A stretch of 64,000 nucleotides of DNA from NCBI RefSeq assembly GCF_009914755.1, contig NC_060931.1; one strand, 5' to 3'. The notes under the pieces were generated by a model that ran no database searches, had not been told where the DNA came from, and worked only from the letters and a program-made list of their open reading frames with translations. This document shows, piece after piece, positions 29,131-46,121 of the stretch. The first letter of the stretch is position 1; each line of letters begins with the position of its first letter. A program made the translations under genes and the position numbers. Source of the stretch: the human T2T-CHM13v2.0 reference genome, Homo sapiens.

Positions 29131-29199
29131 CTACATCATGACCCACTACCCCAAATCATTTCATTATAAATATTCTAGTTTCATACTACTTTACAGAGT

Positions 29200-30300
29200 C
29201 AACAAGGGATGTTAGGCATTCCACATCTACCTGAATAATTCCAGCAATTGGGGTACCCTTTCCTCCTGAGGAAACCCATCTGTATGTCACTATTCTCATT
29301 TTTTAAAAGTTCTCCTTTCTCTTGATCCAAAATCCAACTCTTTGTAACTTCTGCTTATATTTTTCTATTTCTGTCTTCTAAGAATGTACAAAATAAATGA
29401 AATTCCTTTTCAACTAAATGACTTTTGAGTTACTCCAAACTTTTATCTCTCTTCTGGAAACTAATCCTTTCTAAAATACTTAGAGGATACACTTGCTAGT
29501 CTCCTCATCACAATGATTTTTTTTTTAACTCTGGAAATATATTAGTTGTCAAAGGCATCTTTTTGTTGTGTCCAATATAGTGCTTATAATATTGTGTTTG
29601 ATTTTATGTTAATTTATCTATCTCTCCTATTAAATTATGTGCTTCTTCAAGGTGGAGAGGGGATCATAATATTTATTTTTTATTTGTTTCCCTGAGACCT
29701 AATATAAACCTTGGAACATAAAAAACCTTTAATATTGCATGTTAAATTAGTACACTAAAATATTAATTGAATTTAACCCTAAGCAGCATCCCCAAAATTG
29801 ATACTTAATTATAGAAATTCAATTTATAGAGTGAAACAGGCCACAGTTCAACTTGATCATTTCTTTAGTCAAGGCTATGATGTAATAACGGGCTCTTAAT
29901 TTGCAGAAAGGAGGTAGACACTGTCCTCCAAAGCTAATGGTAGAATCTAAAAAGACTTCACAAGAGAAGTGACAGGCCATTTTATCTGGAATTGGAAGAA
30001 AAATTATGCTTTTATGTAAAGCAAAAGCAGTAAGAGTTTAATTCTACAAAATACATTGGGACTATATTATGTAAAGTTTTGGAAATTGGAAAAAAATGGC
30101 TAGGACTTTACCTGCTAGACAATAGTGACAAGCAAAAATTGCTAAGCAGACAAGTTATGTGATATTAATGATTTCAAATATGTCCCTGAAGCTGACAAAC
30201 CCATTCTAAATGTTTTTCAGCTTTCCCAAATGGAGATGACGAGCACCTGAATAAGATTATTGACACTCTGAAAGGGGAGCAGAGGTGAAAGTCATGGACA
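29200..30300. mobile_element. Probable L3/CR1 fragments with an L2 3' piece
   Basis: 'aagttctcctttctcttgatccaaaatc...tgtaacttc' (antisense CR1-like) and 'tttaattctacaaaa...tgtaaagttttgga' (CR1 RT-like); very degenerate. Confidence 0.35.
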
Positions 30301-30520
30301 TGACAAAGAGGGAGGGGAAGTGGTGCTTTTGGGGTGCTACATGAAGGTTAAGGACATGCACCAAATAATGGAAGGACTTTACTCCGTTAATTTATTCATT
30401 TAACAAATATTTATTAAATCTTTACTACAGATATGGTTCCTGTTCTTATGCAGCTTACAGTGTAGTGCAGGAAAGGGCACGATTTAAAAGGAATAAAAGT
30501 AAGGTGGGATCAGTTGTAAA

Positions 30521-31228
30521 TTGGGCCAGCTTCACAGGCACTCGGCCAGTACAGTCACACAAGGCCGTATGCTCAGAAGAGCCAAGCTCTTGGAGTTTAA
30601 TGTTCTGCAGTCATTGTCTTGAAATGTTTAATACTTTTATCTTTAAATCTGTGTTTTATAATTACCATCCAATGAGACAATGGAGCTTGTGTTGGAGGTT
30701 TGAAGCTTCAGCTTTCATGCAGTTCTGGCTTTCCCTTCCTCTCCCACCTCTCCAGGAAGGTTCTTAGCTGCCTGCTCTCTGCATCCTGGTGTCCCAGGCC
30801 CTGTCTGGCCTTCCCCTTCCTGCCCCAACCACTGCCACCCTCCAAGTAAGTGGCAATAGGTCTCAGTAGCAGAAGGAGTCCTGTCCTCTGCCATTGCCTC
30901 CAGAGGGTGCCTGGGCATGAGCACAAGGACAGTTGAGTGGATGCACACCTAATGGCATCTTGAAGGCATGGGGGTGCTGGTGGGAGCAGCGGGAATCCGT
31001 GCCTCAGAGGGCAGTGCCCTGGCAAATTCGGTAGGTGACTTGGTGGGTGCCTCACATCTACCCTCTAGCAAGCATGTCCCAGAAGGGGGATTGTAATTTC
31101 CTGGGGGTTTCTTATCCACTGTGTATGGAGACGGTGGCCCATGGAAGGGAAGATTGATTTCCCCTGTGACAGTCAGGGCTTGAATTCTTGTTTTGCACAA
31201 GGATCTGCAGACAATATAGCAGGCCCTG
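30521..31228 (+). mobile_element. MER45-family hAT-Tip100 DNA transposon (long form) inserted in an antisense L2
   Basis: Ends 'ttgggccagcttca' / 'tatagcaggccctg', internal 'gctcagaagagcc...tttaatgttctgc...tcttgaaat'; 8-bp TSD gttgtaaa / attataaa (6/8). Confidence 0.8.
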
Positions 31229-32454
31229 ATTATAAAACAGCTGAAGTTAGGGACAGTCTATAAGTACATAACCCGGTAGGGAGTGTGGAGGCCTCATAGT
31301 TTCCCCAGACATTTAATCTGAGACTATATCTAAGAACTGGTAAGAGTTATCCAGGCAGAAAGGAGGATGAAGAAAGTTCCAGAAAGAAATAACATATGAA
31401 GGCCCAGGGTTGAATCGGAGCCCAGAAAGTGTTCCAGGAACTAAGAGAAGTTGAGTGTGATGGGAATGGAAATGGTGAGCAACATGGAGGCAAATGGCAA
31501 GTCACGGTTAGAGCGGAGGTCAGCAGCTCTGCCATACAACAAAAGGGCTTGGGAAGATAGCTGGAGGAGTAGCAAAATTAAAGAGTGTTGTCTCCCAGTG
31601 TTTGCTGTGTTTAGGATCCATCTTACCTACCCTGTGCCTGTAGAGTCCATTTTTGACATTTAAATAATGGTTGTTACAGTATTTTCTGTAATATGTCATG
31701 TGGCTGGAATGAGCCCGTCATCCTCCCATTGTCGAACTTAGATCCTGGATCCTTGTCACCTATGAATGTGATGAAAAGTGCCCTTTTTCCTCAGATTTCT
31801 GCAAGCTGCATATTTTGAAGAAAAGTGCTCATCATGAAATCAAACAATCACAAGTTTATCTTGTGCTTCATCGCCAGCCTCTACTGAGAGAAATACTGTA
31901 GTTATTTCACCCAAACTCTCCCTGGGAGATTGTGTTATGCAAAAGCTAAGTGAATGGACCTCAAGAGTGTACCAAAAAAATGTCTCCAAGTTGCAACAAA
32001 GCATATTTTTCAGAACTGACATAAAGTCGATTTTTTTCCTTAGTAAGGATTGTTTTTATCACATTGACATTTAGTTTATTAGAGCTAACTTTATAAGACC
32101 AGTTCCTAAAGAGCTTTTTACCTAAATCTGTTGCCATTTTCTATAGATAAGATGAGAAAATGCTGAAAAAGTATGGTTTTTCCCTCAAAGATTATTCAAA
32201 ATAAAATCACATCATCAGTTCTTTACCACCAGGAAGCGGCATAATTACCTCAGACTTTCAAGGAAACAGGTATGCCCAGCAATTGGTTTAATTTAGGCTT
32301 AGAATTGTTTTCTTCATCCAAATTGCTAGTTCATTTTCTCTATCCTTGATATACTTTTTAATGGAAAAGAATCTATTTCTATTATTGACTTGTAAGAGTA
32401 TAATTGAAAAATAATTAGCAAGGCTTTTACAAATGAATGCAGGAAAGAGAAAAG

Positions 32455-32517
32455 ATATATATATATATAGATAGATAGATATAGATATAGATATATATAT
32501 ATATATGTATGTATATA
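32455..32517. repeat. Compound (TA)n/(GATA)n microsatellite
   Basis: Directly visible. Confidence 0.95.
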
Positions 32518-32992
32518 CTTCAAAAGTAGTTTCCAATAAATGCCACTGGTCTGGTATCCAATAAATGCCACAAAAAATTAGAAAAGAGAACTAACTTTTG
32601 TGGCACTTTTAACATGCACCAGACAAGTTAGATATGATTATTCCAACTTAATATTCACAGCATCCCAATGTTACCCAAAAGAAAATGAGACAGAAAGGGT
32701 TCAATAAACTTGCCCCATCTCACATGAGATTTACTGATAGAGCCAAGCCTTAAATTCAAGTGTATCTTATCGTAAATTCCTTGTCTCTTCTGTCTCATGT
32801 TAAAACATTGAAAACTAAACTGGAGTAGAATTCTGTGATTGAAGTATAATTTGCAATAAGAAAGTCATGTTATTTATTCAGTCAATAAGAAAGACTTTAA
32901 ATCAATGTATTTTTGCCTTAGTGTAATAATTATTGGATGCATAGTGTTTAACTAGCTTTATCAGTATCTATAATATGATTTGTTTAAATCAT

Positions 32993-38085
<5,093 letters not shown>

Positions 38086-39764
38086 GTCAACCATATCCAT
38101 GCAGAACTATGGTAAAGATTACATACCAAAAATCAGAACAATTTCCATTTACCGAATGCTGACCATCATATTATGCTCGACATTCATGAATATCCTCTGT
38201 TGTGGAAAGCAATAGTGCAGTTTGAAAAAAAAATCAATGCTGCTACCTGAGGGAAAGGCAAGTGAGATGGACTTTGAAAGGGAAAAGAGAAAGTGAACCC
38301 AAAGGTCCAAGGTCAAGTATACCCTCCAACAGATCAGAGAAAAGATGAAAATACAGAATGAGTAAGGTTGTGTGAAATTTAATGAAGAAAGAAAGCAAAA
38401 TTGCAGTAGCAATAGTATCACAAGAATAACCCATAAGTGTGAGTGTACCTGCATTCACCCTGAGATGCACACCAAACCCAAACTTCCCTTCTCCCAACTA
38501 AATAATCACAAGTTCTTTATCTGCCTCAAATTAGATGCTGAAGGATAGAGAAAAAAGCAAAGAAAAGTCTAAAGTTCAAAACATAATGCACAAAACATTT
38601 TATGACTGCTTACTACTTGCTGTATCCTGGTGATAAAGAGAAGCAGTAGAAAGAAAATCACACTAGGAAAAGAGATCTGAGAGTTGAAAGGCAGCTTCCC
38701 AGAATCAAGCCAAGTATATGTTTTCATGTTATTTGTGTTGCATGCTTCCACTTTAAGTCATAGGTACTTGCATGTCAAAGGTACTCTGTAAGCACTAAGT
38801 GAATCAAACAGAATGAAAGGGGAGAGGGAAGATGAGATTCATTTAGAAGAAGAAATAAGAAGGCAATTTACTTTTGCATAGGTGGGAACATAGTTCAGGG
38901 CTCTTTACACTGGCTAAAAAGGAAGAAAAATAATAAAGAGAGAAGGGTTGCCAATCACACAAATGTAAATGTTCAAAGATATATGAGATTTGAGGTGGAA
39001 GATGCATGATCGTATGTGTGATTTCCTCAGTGACAGGAAATATCAGATTTATGAATATACTATGCTCCATTTTCATCTGTAAGAGGAATTTGAAAAGGAA
39101 ATATTATTTTGGGTCATGACTTGTCTTCTGCATATAATAAAAATAGTTTGAAGACTTTAACTACATAACTAAAAAAAGTATAAAGGAATTTGATGTGTGC
39201 TGGGCAGAAGGTGGGGGGCACAAAAAGTAATATGTGGACACATTTAGTCACAAACAAATCCAAAATATAGGCATGAAAACTGTTTATTAATTCCTCGCTG
39301 CATGACAGAAGTGGCTTAATATACTCTTTCCAGACCAAAGCATCTTTATCTGCAAAATGAGAGGATTAAATTAGGTTATCTCTAAGTTCATTTAAAATTG
39401 TTTTAAAACAATCTATGTAGATAAACAGAGTAGCAGTCTGCAATGTATTTAAAAGGAAATGGACTAGTCAAGTTGGCAAGATCTATGTGAAAGAATTATT
39501 GTTGTGCTATATAAAAAAAGAATCTGCCTTTTTAAATAAGACGAGTAATGACAAATTAATTTTCATGCAGGTTGAAAATGTGGCAGATGTGTATGGAGAA
39601 TGAGAAAATTCCTGTTATAATAGAGATGACTTAAATTATGAGGATGGTAAAGAAGAGGGAATGTTTTCTGTCCTTTCAAGATGTCAAAGCTTAATTGAAC
39701 ATGTTTTTAAAAATGAAAATAAAAATCTCAGTGCAAAGAATACATTTACTTCTCTAGTAGACTA

Positions 39765-40279
39765 TTAATTGCAGGATCGCAATACATATGATCTCCTTCT
39801 TCTTTGTTAACCAAGTCTCAATCACATTTGGTTAACAAATAAAATACTACACTCCCCGTCATCCCTTGTAGCGAAATGAGCTTATAAGTCTAAGTCCTGC
39901 CCAGTGAGATGTAAGCTTACTATTTTGTGGCAGTCTTTCTGGGAAGGCTGCTTAAAGGGAGCCAATAAGTCAAGGAGAAAGGATAATCGTTTATCCTTCC
40001 CCACCTCTTCCTGCTACAACAGAAGGGATGGCTAGAGCTATAGCAGCCAATTTAGACTATAGATAAACTCAAAGAAGGAAGCTCCATGCTAAAAATGGAA
40101 TATAGGAAGAAATAGACTGTATCACCGATAACGTCCTCGTGCCACCAGAATGATTTATCTTCAAACTTCTCTTTTAACTGAAAAAAAAAGTAAACTTCTG
40201 TCTTGATTAAGCCACTCTCATTTTCATTATTATTTCCTTCCCTGGTTATACACATTTAAAGCTTATTCCAACTGATTTA
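39765..40279 (+). mobile_element. MLT1J-like LTR (5' LTR of a provirus-like unit)
   Basis: 'ccagtgagatgtaagc', 'ctgggaaggctgcttaaaggg', 'gatggctagagctatagcagcca', 'tcttgattaagccact'. Confidence 0.75.
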
Positions 40280-41535
40280 GTACTTGGAAGTAAGGTTCTT
40301 CAAGTATCAGAAACTAAAATGTGGCACTAAATGTGTAACGGAAGCAGAGCTGCATAGGTGCATAGCAATGACTCAGATAATGAAAGCCGAAAATCTCATG
40401 ATCTTTATAATAAATCTACAAAATATTTAGTCAAGTCATCACCTGCTACACATTGGAAGCCAACCACATGCTGCCAAAGGCTACATATAGTATTAGGAGA
40501 AATGGTAAAATATTGGTATGGGTTGTCAGAAAAATCCTAGCATGACAAATTCAAGGTGGAACTAACTACCTGGCCAGTCTCAGAGTTGAAACGGAAAGAC
40601 ATGCACCTTTGCTAAGGAAGGTACTCTTTGCCTATAACCCACAATCTCAGTTGACTGAGAGTCTGGTAATTTGAAAACTTTCATGGTTGAAAAAGCCAAC
40701 TGCCTATACCCCAAATTGAAACAGTTAAAAGAAGCGTCTGAAAATTCTAGGCTTAGCGATAAATATGACTTTTGCCACACCATACAAAAGTTGTGAGCCT
40801 GCTGGCAAAGATAATGCATTACTTCATATGTTCTCAATGCAGCAGACAGCAAGCTGAAAATTATTTAGATGCACAGAGCACAGAGGTCTGTAAATAAAAG
40901 ACCAGGGTCTTCAAGCTTAATAATTCCATTTACCCAAGGTCATTGACTGTTTATTCACACTTGGAGATGACCAAAAAACAACTACGCTGAAAGTCTGTCA
41001 TACTTTTTAGGGTATCTTATTGTCCAAAACTAATCCAGTGGGTCATGAACCCATACTAAAAGGAAGTGGCTTGCTACATATGTGCAGTCCTTAGTGAAGA
41101 TATTCTCCTGAATGTCCATTTCAGATGTGGCCACAGAGGACAACAGAAAAGGAAGACCCTCCTGAAGAGCAAATCCAGGGGCCACGAAAGAAAATGAACA
41201 AGAGAATTTTTATTGAAGAGCAGAACCTGGGACTGCCAGATGGACCAACTAAAGAACTCACTTCACAACTAGGGCAGTGAGTCCTCACCATTTCTTCTCA
41301 GCAAGAGTTGGCTGCTGTAAAATCAGAGAGATTATTCATGCCTTATGGTTAATAAAAGTATCTATAGGTAACTGAACCTTGAGGAGCCAAATTGAGGCCT
41401 GATGAAGGAGACTGTACATCATCCAGAGAGAATGAACTTGGAGCAGGATGCAAAGACTACAGGGGAGAAATCAGGGTTTTTCTGCTGGAGGAAGAAGCAG
41501 AGGGTACATAGACATAAGGTATCCAAAGAAGCCCA
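40280..41535 (+). mobile_element. MLT1 internal (MaLR-int) sequence
   Basis: Starts directly after the LTR with 'gtacttggaagt...ctaaaatgtggcac'; ends 'tgaacttggagcaggatgc...ccaaagaagcccac' abutting a second LTR. Confidence 0.55.
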
Positions 41536-41920
41536 CTATAGAAGCTGGGACAGATTGCATACTTATTCTCAATTCTTCACTCCTCCCTATGCAGTAGAGC
41601 AGAGAAAATCGAGTATACCTGTGACTTGCTTTGACCAGTGGAAAGTTAGAGGGGACAAGAGCACAGGCTTTAAACATGCCCATATGGGACTTCTGTGCCT
41701 ACCATGAGAACATGCCCCATAATTGTTAATGCAGGGAGAATGAGGAGATGTGGTGCAGACTCTTAGCCAATCCCAAGAGCTGGGTTCAAGGGTAGCCAAC
41801 ACTCATCCTAGAGAAGTGTCCCCTCTGACCTGCAGACACATGGCCAAGAAAAATCAATGCATGTTGTTGTAAACCATTGCATTTCAAGGCTGTTTGTGAT
41901 GCAGCATCCTGGCTAATAAA
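41536..41920 (+). mobile_element. MLT1H-like LTR
   Basis: 'aattcttcactcctccctat', 'tgtgacttgctttgaccagtggaa', 'ccatgagaacatgccc', 'gacctgcagacacatg', 'ttgttgtaaaccattg'. Confidence 0.7.
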
Positions 41921-43479
41921 CCAGCCAGGTCTATTCTAACAATTGTAGCTCAGAGTAAAGAATGTGGGCATCTCATCAGCAGACATGATCACTAAAAAGA
42001 CAGAGAAAAGATACAATGAGAAAACTATAAGCAAACTCTTGGAAATCCAAAGAACAAAATAGAAGAAAGAAGAAAGATTAAGAAATTTCTAGAAACATCC
42101 TACAGTGGTCGGGAAGACTGAGATATTAAGCCTAGGAGATAAAAATGGACAGGCAGATTCATATCATGCTTAAAAAGAAACTGCAAATGATTGAGAAGTT
42201 TTTTTTAAAGTGGAACTATTTCAAAAGTAAGAAATTAGTAAAGGGACAAAGTTGTTAATGCACCATAAACAAGTGATCAAAAGCAGAAAAAAAAATGAAC
42301 TGCTGTGGAAATGGACACAGTGTGATCCTATTTTTAGTGGACTACTTGAGTTTTTTAAAAAATTAGGAGGAAGGTAAAAGGTTCAGAAAATAGAAACAGA
42401 AGTGTAAATAATACTATGAAATGGGCCTAGCTGAAACAGCTCACTTTTCAAAAGAATACATTAAATGAAGAATACAGAATGAGATCCTTAAAAAAAGAAG
42501 TCAGGAAAGTATTACATAGAGTAACTGCAAAGGCCTTCTCTCCTTATAACACGGAAATTGATGTATTTGAGAATAAGGATATTAAAAAAGATCTTTAAGA
42601 GTCTACAGGAAATAGAAGAGCTAGGACAAAGCATGGATGTCATGTAGAATATTTTATGATAAACTGCTGACCTGAGCCAATAATTCTTGGGCTGGGGAAA
42701 AAAACTGTTTCTCTATAGATAGGTGGGTGGGGGTGAGGGTGGGGAGGGAAAATTGTAATGCTTACTTTCTAAATAGATTTCAAAGGAATGCGGGAGAACA
42801 CAAAGAGAACTAGCTTGCATTGTTTTTTTTAATATTAGCATTTTGTTGATAAAACAGAAAGCAGGAAGAAAAATAATGAATCATGCATATAGTAATAAAA
42901 AAGTGTGGTAGGTGATTAACGTGTTAAGAGTCAAGGGAAGAACTCATCAGAAGAGTAAAAGAAGAGAACTGAAAAGCAAAGGGGGACAATCAACAAAATG
43001 TGAACCTACAGTTTATACGAGGAATGCAATCATACAGGTACCAATAACTCAGTTGCAAGGAATAATTGAAATATGCACATATATAAAAAGTACACATACT
43101 TTGTATAACTTGAAAAACATTTGAGGATCAAATAAAATAATGTATTCGAAAATATTTATAAAAAGCATGAAGTTTTCTACAGACAAATTAGTGGGTACAA
43201 TACTGAGCGCTACTCCTTGAAGGTGAACAACATAGAAATATTGTTCAGTGCAACTCAACAAATGTTTATTTAACGACTGCAATGTACTGAGCAAATTTTA
43301 GGCTCTGGTAAGACACATCAGTAATGAAGACAAACATATGCATTAACTATATCAAGCAGGACAAAGGGCTCTAAAGAGAATGAATGCAGTTCTCCAAACA
43401 GAGATCTCTGCTGTCACTATTGAATATCTTGTAAACTCTCCAGAAACGTGTATGTGCAAGCATGTGTCTGTTTGTGCAT

Positions 43480-44240
43480 ATATATATATGTGTATATTTT
43501 AATGCTACACATTTGAAGATACCTTATTACACTATTCATGACTTTGTGATTTTCTCTTAACACAGCAATTTGGAGATTACCCCCTTTCAGAACATAGAGA
43601 GAGCTACTTCATTTCTCCCAATAGCATATTTTATTGCATGGTTGTGCCATAATTTATTGAATTACTGGCCTTTAATGAACAATTATGCCATTTCCAGTCC
43701 TTTCTTATTCATGTAATGCTTATTCATACTGTGCTTTACATATGGGCTAATATACCTGTTAACACAAATCTTGAGAAGTGAAATTTCTGTCACCCGGCAA
43801 GTGAATTTTTAATTTTGATACATAGTGCCAAATAGCCTTCAAAGTGAAACATTCACTTATATTCCCACCAACAGTGCACAAAATTGCTTTTGTCCTCAAA
43901 CTTCCTGCCAATGCCATTTATTATCAAACCATTTGATCCTTGCAAGTACAGTAACTAAGAAGCTATCTCATTGCTGTTTGAATTACAAACTACAAATCTC
44001 ATTGTAGTTTAAAATACAAACCATAATGGTCTTATTATGAGCAAATATGAGTAGGTTTTTACATATTTAAAACTCTTTTGAGTTTCTCTTACTGTGAATT
44101 ATCTGTCCTAATCTTGGCCTATTTTTAAAAATTAATAAGTTAGAAGAAATGAGCCAATTTTCATATATCTTGGCAGGTTTTTCCAGTTTCTTATTTTCCA
44201 TTCAAATTTATTTATGGTTGTTTTAAACCATTTTGACATT
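43480..44240 (-). mobile_element. Ancient L1M 3' fragment
   Basis: 'gcatggttgtgccataattta', 'tttaattttgatacatagtgccaaatagccttcaaa', 'tattcccaccaacagtg'. Confidence 0.6.
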
Positions 44241-44244
44241 TTGA

Positions 44245-44710
44245 TCTTTTTTTAATTTTGAGATTATTGTAGATTTATTTGCAGTTTTAAGAAATAATAC
44301 AGAGAGAATTCCATATACCTTTCACCATTTTCCCTCACTGGTAACGTTTTGCATAACTACAGGACAATGTCACAAGTAGGAAGTTGACACTGACACAATG
44401 CATCTACCTTATTCAGATGTCAGATTTACATTCACTTGTGTGTGTGTGTTAGTTCTACACAATGTTGTCACAGTGCAATTTCCTGTGTGCACTACTGTGG
44501 TCGAGATACAGACTTGTGTTTCATCGCAAGGATTCCCTTGCTACCCTTTTCTATTCACAGTCCCTCCTTAAGCCCTGACAAGCACACATCTGTTCTCCAT
44601 CTCTATGACTTGGTCACTTCAAAAATGAATGGAATCATGGAGTCTGAATGGAATCATGGAGTATGCAATATTCTGAGATTGGCTTTTTCCACTCAGTGTA
44701 ATTGTCCTGC
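44245..44710 (-). mobile_element. L1MC-like 3' end
   Basis: 'ttttgagattattgtagattta...gcagttttaagaaataatacagagaga...ggtaacgttttgcataactac'. Confidence 0.75.
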
Positions 44711-45221
44711 ATTTGTAAAAAAATTGGCATTTCGAATTTTGGTACTATGCTATTTAGCTTAAGGTTCATACCAAACTTTAATTGTAGATTTAAACTTTTT
44801 CATTGTCTTTCGTTTGGTAGTTTCATGCAGTTTTCCCTAAAGTGGACCTTGTATAATTTTAATAAAATTACTCTTGCTTGCTTTTAGTTTTAATTTGTTT
44901 ACCTATATTTTGCTTCCTGCCTTTATTGATTTTAGATGAATATCATAATAGCACCTGTGTCATTTTGTGGTCCAAATTGATGGTCTTTTAATGAGCAATT
45001 TTATCTCATTGATATTTACTGATATGGCAATTAGCTGTGGCATTTTATTTCAAGTTCTACTTTCTGTATTTAATGCCATTTATTTTTGCTATATTGTCTA
45101 TATTTCTTGTATTTGCATGTTTTACTTTTATAATTTGGAAAGCATATTCTCTTCTTCAGATTTTCTGGTAGTAACATAATATACACATAATATACACATA
45201 TAAATATATATGTATACATTT

Positions 45222-45749
45222 AAAGAAAGGACATGAGAAATGCACATACAATTCTGCAAAAGAACAAATAGAAAAAAGGTAAGAACACATCAAAATATTT
45301 AGTCGTAAAAGACATGAAAATTATAAGAAAACCCTTCTCTGAGAATTCAAAGAAATTTTTTAAAAAGTCTTCTGATACATATATATGTATATATGTATGT
45401 GTATATATGTACACATATGTGTATATATGTGTATACATACATGCATATATGTATGTGTATATACATGTGTGAGTATATATACATGTATGTAGTATATATA
45501 CATGCATATATATGTATGTGTATATATACACATATCTATGTATATATGTATATGTATATGCATGTATATATGTACATATATATACACATATATATGTATC
45601 AGAAGACTTTAAAAAATTTTCTTTGAATTCTCAGAGAAGGGTTTTCTTATTTTCATGTCTTTTATGACTAAATATTTTTGATGCGTTCTTACCTTTTTTC
45701 TATTTGTTCTTTTGCAGAATTGTATCTGCATTTCTCATGTGCTTTCTTT
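45222..45749. repeat. Long inverted repeat: ~165-bp arms (45222-45387 / ~45588-45749) around a ~200-bp TA/TG/CA spacer
   Basis: Manual reverse-complement alignment gives 4 substitutions and a few 1-3 bp indels between arms. Confidence 0.97.
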
Positions 45750-46067
45750 CTGTTTGTCTTTGTTATTTTTGTTGTTTTTCCCCAGGCCAACTATGCATTA
45801 GAGGATAATGTTAGAAAGCACATCAGTGGAGTGAGTTAGATATTCAGGTAGCTTGCATTCAAATTTGTGTCTTGAAATGTTTCCCAACAAAAGACTGTCC
45901 TAGAATTTGATTTTTCTCTGGGATAAACTTTCCATATTATGCAATCATGTTTGCCACTAGATTTTATGCAGTAACTTGGAGTTTATTTTACTTTTGTATA
46001 TCAAATAATCAACTGAAAGATTGCTTGCTAACATTTTCCCTCCCACTCAGCTAGAAGGATTGATGTA

Positions 46068-46121
46068 TTGTTTTGTTTTGTTTTCTGCTTTTTCTGTTTG
46101 TTTGTTTGTTTGTTTGTTTTG
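46068..46121. repeat. (TTTG/TTTTG)n simple repeat
   Basis: Directly visible. Confidence 0.85.

Noticed and set aside
45220-45626. Y/I/H/M/C-rich ORFs
   Set aside because: Translations of the TA/TG microsatellite
45222-45749. MITE or DNA transposon interpretation of the inverted repeat
   Set aside because: No TSD, no recognised TIR family, the interior is pure microsatellite and the flanks are asymmetric, which fits local inverted duplication better
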